Positions 58,072 through 64,000 of a stretch of DNA of 64,000 bases are shown here, piece after piece. The notes below the pieces were generated by a model. The model ran no database searches, was not told where the DNA came from, and saw only the letters and a list, made by a program, of their open reading frames with translations. This DNA comes from Draconibacterium orientale (GTDB taxonomy: Bacteria > Bacteroidota > Bacteroidia > Bacteroidales > UBA1556), in assembly GCA_020718275.1 (NCBI GenBank), contig DYSI01000001.1, forward strand, positions 23,574 through 87,573, written 5' to 3'. Every line of letters starts with the position of its first letter. The stretch's first letter is position 1. Made by a program: the position numbers and the translations under genes.

Positions 58072-58770
58072 TTATTGTCCCATTAAAAACTTCTGAAGTA
58101 GTTCAGGATCTGTAAATTCGGTAAAGTCTGAAGGCAAGAGGAAATCCAAATCTTTAACTTTTCCCTTAATTACTTCGGTTGCTTCATATTTGGAAGCAAA
58201 GCCAGGCGCTACTTGATAAAACTCAAGCAACATACCATTGATACCTGCGTATGGGCCATCAGAATTTTCGGTAGAATCGCTAAGCTCCTCAGAATAGTAT
58301 ACATTGTAGGTACGTTCTTCATCTTCAACACCAGCTTTAGGTACAAACGTTACCGAAGCCTTTTTACATAAATAACCAGCAATCATTTTTGTATCGGAGG
58401 AATAATCAATTTGGGTAGTATATTGAACCGCAGAATCCTCTTTAGCTTTGTTTATAATTTCAACGTAAGCAGCCTTCTTCAGACCATATTCTATCAGTGA
58501 AATTCGCTTGCCAGTGGTAGGATTTTCAATAATTGTTTGTGACACACCGCCCATTGCAAGGTCATATTTACTCATTCCATCATACATTTTAATGGAAATT
58601 GTCTTTGGTAACTTTGCTTTTTGCACATCAGGAACAGCATCTCCTTCGTAACTTATTGCATAGGAAACAGTGCCTCTGAATTGCTTTGATTTTTTTTCTT
58701 TAAGCGTTACTGAGGTAAGAACCATCAGGGCTATCAAGGCTACTGATACACTAAAAATAATTCTCTTCAT
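58072..58770 (-). CDS. Hypothetical secreted protein (232 aa)
   Basis: Signal peptide. No motif recognised. Same strand as ftsK and immediately upstream of it. Confidence 0.5.
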   Translation of the reverse strand: MKRIIFSVSVALIALMVLTSVTLKEKKSKQFRGTVSYAISYEGDAVPDVQKAKLPKTISIKMYDGMSKYDLAMGGVSQTIIENPTTGKRISLIEYGLKKAAYVEIINKAKEDSAVQYTTQIDYSSDTKMIAGYLCKKASVTFVPKAGVEDEERTYNVYYSEELSDSTENSDGPYAGINGMLLEFYQVAPGFASKYEATEVIKGKVKDLDFLLPSDFTEFTDPELLQKFLMGQ

Positions 58771-59126
58771 AAAATCTGATATTAAGAATGTTGAATGTTT
58801 GTTGATATTTCAATAATAAAATTAAAATGAATAAAAAAACTGCTGGAAGCAGATAAAAAACCGTTAATTACCGATTAAAGTAAATGCGCAGTTAATTTTG
58901 TAAAAGTAAATAAAACCGACAAATCAGCGCAAAACCATAAGGATACTTTTCACCAATGTATTGTGAAAAAAGAAAGAGACATTTGTCTAGAATATTTGTA
59001 GCCAAAAAGTTGGTTTTAGTAAATAAATAGATACTTTTGCCTGTATTTAATCAAGTAATCATACGCTTAGAAAAAAAGAATTTTGCAAGAAACCAGCTAT
59101 ATAAACATCATTAGAAACTCAATCTT

Positions 59127-59750
59127 ATGAATATTCACTTAAATACTAATCTGTTACAGATGAAACTTCGTTTAACGCACAATATTGCTTTAGTCAGTTT
59201 ACTAATACTTGTTTCGCAATTTCAATTGAAGGCTCAAAATGACAACGAGTCACTTTTCTTTGATGACGGTGGTATTTCAGAAGCAAGCAATATGGTTAAG
59301 GTTGGAATATTCTCTTTGGCTGTTGGTGATTTACCCATTTACTATGAAGGGCAGCTTACGGATTTTATCAGTATTGAATTGGGCGCTGGCTTACAATTAA
59401 ACTATTATATTTCAGCCCCTTATATGCCAATAGATATAAATCCGCCAGTTTCAGGCTTTAGCCTGTGGATGCAACCAAAATACCACTTCAATGATCAGCA
59501 ATTTTATGGGCTACTAATCCGCCATAGACACTACCAACTTACAGCTAATGACGTAGTTATGAATGATATTGCAGTCATATGGGGATTTACTTATGACCTG
59601 ACTGGTCATTTGATAATAGAGTATTCATACGGTATCGGTTTACGATTTCTAAAGGATCACGACAATTTAGCTGCTAATACTTTTGACTATAATGGTCATA
59701 AAGTTGTACCAAGCATGCCTATTTCTTTTAAAGTTGGGTATAGATTTTAA
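59127..59750 (+). CDS. Hypothetical secreted protein, small beta-barrel-like
   Basis: Signal peptide (alternative start at 59160). The C-terminus ends in VGYRF. Confidence 0.5.
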   Translation: MNIHLNTNLLQMKLRLTHNIALVSLLILVSQFQLKAQNDNESLFFDDGGISEASNMVKVGIFSLAVGDLPIYYEGQLTDFISIELGAGLQLNYYISAPYMPIDINPPVSGFSLWMQPKYHFNDQQFYGLLIRHRHYQLTANDVVMNDIAVIWGFTYDLTGHLIIEYSYGIGLRFLKDHDNLAANTFDYNGHKVVPSMPISFKVGYRF

Positions 59751-59851
59751 AGTAAGCCATTTTACAGTCCATTTTACTATAAAAAATTACAAAACAACCA
59801 ATTAGACCATTATTATTATTTACTAATTTTAAAGCTTTAAAAACAAAATCT

Positions 59852-61426
59852 ATGAACAAATCAACTTTAATTCTTGCGTTTTTTGTTTGCTATTCTTTTC
59901 TTTCATTTGGGCAATCCAACAATGACAATGTAGAAATAGAATGGGGACCGGTGCAAGAAGTCAGCAAAAAAAACTTTTTAATTAAAGTAATTGGAGCCGA
60001 CGAAACAGGTATTTATACTTTGAGCCAATCCAAACGCCAATATTACATTAACAAACTAAATCCCGATAAATTAAGCCTAACTAAATCTGTATTACTTGAA
60101 ACCGAAACAAATGGTAAAACTAGAATTGTTGAAGACATTTATTTCCTCCAAAATAACATCTATGCCCATACTTCGTTTTCAAATGCTAAAACAAAAGTTA
60201 ATTATTTGTTTGCCCAATCAATTGATAAAACAACCCTTAAAACGAATCCACAATTAAAAAAGCTTGCCGAAATAAATTTTGCCGGATTTCATAATAGAAA
60301 TAATGGTGAATTTAATTTTGTGGTCTCAAATGACAGTACTAAACGATTAGTATTCTATAACTTACCCTATGAAAAAGGAGAGAAAGAAAAATTTGGATTT
60401 CATGTTTTTAATCAAGAATACGAACTAATTTGGGAAAAGAAAGTCACCTTACCCTATAAAGAAGAGCTTTTTGAAATTAAAGATTATCAATTAGATAATT
60501 CAGGAAATTTGCATTTACTAGGGAAAGTATATCGTGGTAAGACTAAGGACAAATCCAAAGGAGTTCCAAACTATTCGTATATCATTTTGACCTACAATGC
60601 CGAATCAGAAGAAGTTAGGGAATATCCTATTCTACCAAAGGGAAAATACTTAACCGAAATGAAAATAGCTACGGATAAAAAACAAGATATTATTTGCGCT
60701 GGCTTTTATTCAAACTCAAGCGCTGAACGTATGAAAGGTAGTTACTTTATTAAAATTGATCATGCCACTGGAGATATCCTCACACAAGAATACAAAGAGT
60801 TTAGTGATGAATTTCTGAAACAAAATATGACTGAAAAAGAAGAACAAAAAGCGCAAAAGAAACTTGACAAGGGAAAAGATCTTGAGCTCTATCAGTATGA
60901 TTTAAATGATATTGTTTTCAAAGAAGATGGCGGATACTTATTAATCGGCGAACAGTTTTACATTCATGTTAGTACAACTTATACCGCTAATGGAGCATCA
61001 TCCACTACTTATTATTACCACAATAATGATATAATAGTCATCAGCATGGATGAAAACGGGATAGCAGAATGGTCTACCATGATTGCAAAGCGACAAGTTA
61101 CCACCAATGATAATGGATATTATAATTCATATACCTATACCTATTCCAAAGGAAATCTTTTCTTTATTTTTAATGATAATAGAGACAATATCAATTACAA
61201 ACAAGGCGATTATATTGCTTCTTACAATAAAGATAAAAATTCAATTGTAACGCTTGCAGTGGTTGATGAAACTGGAAAGTATAGCAGAAAACCACTTTTT
61301 AGCGCAAAAGATGCTGAAGTGCGAATTGTGCCTACCCTTTCAAAACAAACTAGCAGCAATACTATGATTATTTATGGCAATAAGAAAAAAGAAGAGCGAT
61401 TTGCAAAGATTACATTTATAGATTAG
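59852..61426 (+). CDS. Hypothetical secreted protein (524 aa)
   Basis: Signal peptide. Repetitive beta-rich sequence, possibly propeller-like. No motif recognised. Confidence 0.55.
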   Translation: MNKSTLILAFFVCYSFLSFGQSNNDNVEIEWGPVQEVSKKNFLIKVIGADETGIYTLSQSKRQYYINKLNPDKLSLTKSVLLETETNGKTRIVEDIYFLQNNIYAHTSFSNAKTKVNYLFAQSIDKTTLKTNPQLKKLAEINFAGFHNRNNGEFNFVVSNDSTKRLVFYNLPYEKGEKEKFGFHVFNQEYELIWEKKVTLPYKEELFEIKDYQLDNSGNLHLLGKVYRGKTKDKSKGVPNYSYIILTYNAESEEVREYPILPKGKYLTEMKIATDKKQDIICAGFYSNSSAERMKGSYFIKIDHATGDILTQEYKEFSDEFLKQNMTEKEEQKAQKKLDKGKDLELYQYDLNDIVFKEDGGYLLIGEQFYIHVSTTYTANGASSTTYYYHNNDIIVISMDENGIAEWSTMIAKRQVTTNDNGYYNSYTYTYSKGNLFFIFNDNRDNINYKQGDYIASYNKDKNSIVTLAVVDETGKYSRKPLFSAKDAEVRIVPTLSKQTSSNTMIIYGNKKKEERFAKITFID

Positions 61427-61448
61427 TTGTTTTTCATCTAATAATCCC

Positions 61449-61500
61449 AAATGCTTTGTATGAAAGGGCAATCCAATCATTCAAAGCATTTTTTCTTTTT
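61449..61500 (+). terminator. Terminator after the 524-aa gene
   Basis: AAATGCTTTG (61449-61458) pairs with CAAAGCATTT (61482-61491), then a T-rich run. The loop is long (23 nt). Confidence 0.45.
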
Positions 61501-61593
61501 GTGAGTTCTAAATGCATATTTATATTAAAAACCAATTTATTAGATGATTCAATAATTGAATAATTTGGTAAATATAATTAATCAGAATCACTA

Positions 61594-61897
61594 TTGTCCG
61601 TTAAAAAATTATTTTTAGTCCATTTCGGCAAGCGTTCGACTGAGCTCACGCCGAAGTCTCAATGCACCGCCTACGGGACTTTTTGTCAAAACGTAATATT
61701 CTTTCTACCAATATTTTGTCCATTTCGGCAAGCGTTCGACTGAGCTCACGCCGAAGTCTCAATGCACCGCCTAACGGGATAGCCCTGTTAAGGGCTTAAT
61801 GTTGGTAGAAATAAAGTAACCCTAAAAAATGATAAAGTCCCGTAGGGACTAAATATACCAGGCATTTCGGCAATTTAGTAGTTTTTTTATCGGACAA
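61594..61897. repeat. Composite non-coding repeat element (MITE/REP-like or structured RNA) with terminal inverted repeats
   Basis: Terminal inverted repeats are TTGTCCGTTAAAAAA (61594-61608) and TTTTTTTATCGGACAA (61882-61897). Two identical 56-nt modules lie at 61618-61673 and 61718-61773, exactly 100 bp apart. Inverted arms lie at 61670-61715 and 61798-61846. A partial third seed lies at 61863-61873. Confidence 0.7.
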
Positions 61898-61981
61898 CAC
61901 TAAATCAAAATTAAGAATCTCTAGACTTTTGCGAATTATACGCTAAATTTGCATTTATTTTTATCAGTTTAAAAAAAACCA

Positions 61982-63166
61982 ATGAACAGAGCAAGTATCA
62001 TCCTCAAATCAGGAAAAGATGAAGCAGTACTTAGACAACATCCATGGGTGTTTTCTGGTGCAATCAAGAAAATGCATGGCGAGCCTAACGAAGGAGATAT
62101 CGTTGATGTGTATAACAATAAAGAGCAATTCCTAGGCTGTGGACATTGGCAAGATGGATCCATCGCCGTACGCATTTTTAGTTTCGATCCCATTGAACCC
62201 GACTATCAATTTTGGAAAGCACGTCTACAACAAGCCTATGACATGCGCACTGCGCTAGGATTAACCCAAAGTGAAAACACCAATGTTTATCGCCTCGTGC
62301 ATGCTGAAGGTGATAGCTTACCAGGCCTCATAATCGACTTTTATAATGGAGCAGCCGTTATTCAAGCTCATTCCATTGGCATGTATTTGTTGCGGCACGA
62401 TTTGAGTAAAGCCTTGCGTGAAATTTATGGAAATAATCTTCATACCGTTTATGCAAAATGCCAGGAAAGCCTGCCGAAAAACTCGAATGAGGAAATTATT
62501 AACGAATTCCTATTTGGAAATAAAGAGTCGGAAATTGTTCTCGAAAACGGAAATCAATTTGAAGTAAACTGGGTAACCGGCCAAAAAACTGGCTTTTTTA
62601 TTGACCAACGTTTTAACCGGCAATTGGTTGGACAATATTCCAAAAACCGAAATGTTCTCAATACCTATTGCTATACAGGTGGTTTTTCGATTTACGCCCT
62701 GCAACAAGGTGCCAATTTAGTACACTCGGTAGACAGTTCGGCAAAAGCCATTGACCTCACCAACAACAATGTAAAAATAAATGCCTGCGACACCAATCGT
62801 CATCAAGCTTTTGCTATCGATACCATGAGTTTTCTTCAAGAAATGGAACAAAGTTACGATCTCATTATTCTTGATCCTCCTGCATTTGCAAAGCATCGCG
62901 ACGTTCGCCATCAAGCGGTGCAAGGTTATAAACGACTCAACACCATCGCTTTAAACAAAATAGCTAAAGGAGGCATATTATTCACTTTCTCCTGTTCCCA
63001 AGTCGTTGATCGCCGGTTATTTGAATCTACCATTCTGGCAGCAGCCATTCAAAGTGGGCGCAAAGTGAAAATTCTTCATCATTTATCACAACCGGCTGAC
63101 CATCCAGTAAGCATTTATCATCCTGAAGGTGAGTATCTTAAAGGCCTCGTACTTTACGTAGAATAA
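61982..63166 (+). CDS. rlmI: 23S rRNA m5C methyltransferase RlmI-like (PUA + class I SAM MTase)
   Basis: N-terminal PUA-like region (LRQHPWVFSGAI). Motifs VLNTYCYTGGFS and DLIILDPPAF. Confidence 0.85.
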   Translation: MNRASIILKSGKDEAVLRQHPWVFSGAIKKMHGEPNEGDIVDVYNNKEQFLGCGHWQDGSIAVRIFSFDPIEPDYQFWKARLQQAYDMRTALGLTQSENTNVYRLVHAEGDSLPGLIIDFYNGAAVIQAHSIGMYLLRHDLSKALREIYGNNLHTVYAKCQESLPKNSNEEIINEFLFGNKESEIVLENGNQFEVNWVTGQKTGFFIDQRFNRQLVGQYSKNRNVLNTYCYTGGFSIYALQQGANLVHSVDSSAKAIDLTNNNVKINACDTNRHQAFAIDTMSFLQEMEQSYDLIILDPPAFAKHRDVRHQAVQGYKRLNTIALNKIAKGGILFTFSCSQVVDRRLFESTILAAAIQSGRKVKILHHLSQPADHPVSIYHPEGEYLKGLVLYVE

Positions 63167-63187
63167 GCCTTTGAATAAAAATAATAC

Positions 63188-63224
63188 AAGCCGAATCGAC
63201 CCTGTCAATTTGGCTTATTTTGTT
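63188..63224 (+). terminator. Terminator after rlmI
   Basis: AAGCCGAAT (63188-63196) pairs with ATTTGGCTT (63208-63216) with one G-T pair, then ATTTTGTT. Confidence 0.5.
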
Positions 63225-63239
63225 ACAGGATAATAAATA

Positions 63240-64000
63240 TTAACCTAAGGTTACCTCTTTTTTCAAATCTAACCTATCACTTACAAAAAGGGTACTAACA
63301 GCACCTAGAATCATGAGTACGCCGGCCATGATGATAGAATTGAGTGGGTCATTGTGGAATACATACTTTAAAATAAGTCCGCCAAAAATACCATTGACAA
63401 TTTGCGGAATGGTTATCGACATATTGAACAAACCCATAAAAACCCCCATCCGATTAGCGGGAATTGAGTTTGCCAACATCGCATACGGCATAGCAAGGAT
63501 TGAACCCCAAGCAATCCCAATCCCTACCATTGGTATTAGCAAAAAATCAGGGTCTTTAATAACCAAGAACGATAGAAATGACAATCCCCCCAAGGTAAGT
63601 GCAAGGCTGTGGGTGGCTCGACGGCCAATTTTCGCTGCCAGTCGAGGCAATAATAATGCAATGATGGCAGACACGCCATTATAAACACCGAATAAAATAC
63701 CTACCCAATTTCCCGCCTCCTTATATGGCAAACTATTAGGATCCGTGGCATTAAAAAAATGTTGGGCAACTGTAGGCGTGGTATAAACCCACATACTAAA
63801 AAGAGCAAACCAAGAAAAGAACTGAACCACAAGCAATTGCCACATCGACTTCGGAATAAAAGACTTAGATTTCGGAGATTGATTTTTTTCGGAGACAGGC
63901 TCTTCGGCATAAAACTCTGGTGGGTATTCCTTGGTCTTTACCACTGTGTACAAAATAGAACTAAGTAAAACAGCTGCGCCAATATAAAATGACCAAACAA
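63240..64000 (-). CDS. MFS-type (sugar/GPH or SLC45-like) transporter, C-terminal half; the gene continues beyond the window
   Basis: Six hydrophobic helices after a charged central loop. The frame remains open upstream of the TTG at 63953 to the window edge (… VWSFYIGAAVLLSSILYTVV). Confidence 0.7.
   Translation of the reverse strand, partial: VWSFYIGAAVLLSSILYTVVKTKEYPPEFYAEEPVSEKNQSPKSKSFIPKSMWQLLVVQFFSWFALFSMWVYTTPTVAQHFFNATDPNSLPYKEAGNWVGILFGVYNGVSAIIALLLPRLAAKIGRRATHSLALTLGGLSFLSFLVIKDPDFLLIPMVGIGIAWGSILAMPYAMLANSIPANRMGVFMGLFNMSITIPQIVNGIFGGLILKYVFHNDPLNSIIMAGVLMILGAVSTLFVSDRLDLKKEVTLG

Noticed and set aside
61618-61773. Possible CRISPR array (identical repeats with a spacer)
   Set aside because: There are only two full repeats, each 56 nt long, with a 44-nt interval that is itself part of an inverted repeat. 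There are no cas genes in the window. The structure fits a MITE/REP-like element instead.

Overview
This is an AT-rich bacterial chromosome segment, most likely Bacteroidota. The evidence is TAnnTTTG-type promoter boxes, little Shine-Dalgarno signal, ftsK-lolA synteny, an LptD-like gene, an Amidase_3-SPOR gene and a LysM/PBP gene. All calls rest on ORF structure, synteny and motifs I recognise by eye. No searches or computations were run, and composition statements are visual estimates. Positions 1 to about 25450 are the right-hand ~25 kb of a contractile-tailed prophage whose left end lies outside the window. It contains a small-ORF early operon and a bidirectional terminator. A minus-strand late operon carries the TerS-like gene, GH73 lysin, TerL, gp36-like gene, portal, MuF-like gene, gpG-like gene, connector-size ORFs and a 641-aa spike-like protein. 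A divergent plus-strand late operon carries protease/scaffold, capsid, holins, sheath, tube, a chaperone with a candidate -1 frameshift, tape measure and a P2-like V-W-J-I-fibre baseplate order. The last phage gene is a compact formyltransferase-fold cargo gene. The phage-host junction has 22-bp-spaced direct repeats abutting a 5'-truncated doc-type toxin remnant, which suggests a transposable (Mu-like) phage end. The rest (25.5-64 kb) is mostly housekeeping: MlaD, amidase, LptD-like, split transketolase, hisS, ugd, ald-like, SPFH, tatA/tatC, guaA, DbpA-like helicase, MTHFS, lolA-like, ftsK, rlmI and an MFS transporter. Three host-side items stand out. One is an MthK-like K+ channel in an operon with an orphan TAXI-type binding protein. 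The second is a paralogous TAXI domain fused to a 3-TM module and a TerB-like domain. The third is a ~300-bp composite repeat element upstream of rlmI. I found no rRNA, tRNA or CRISPR array.
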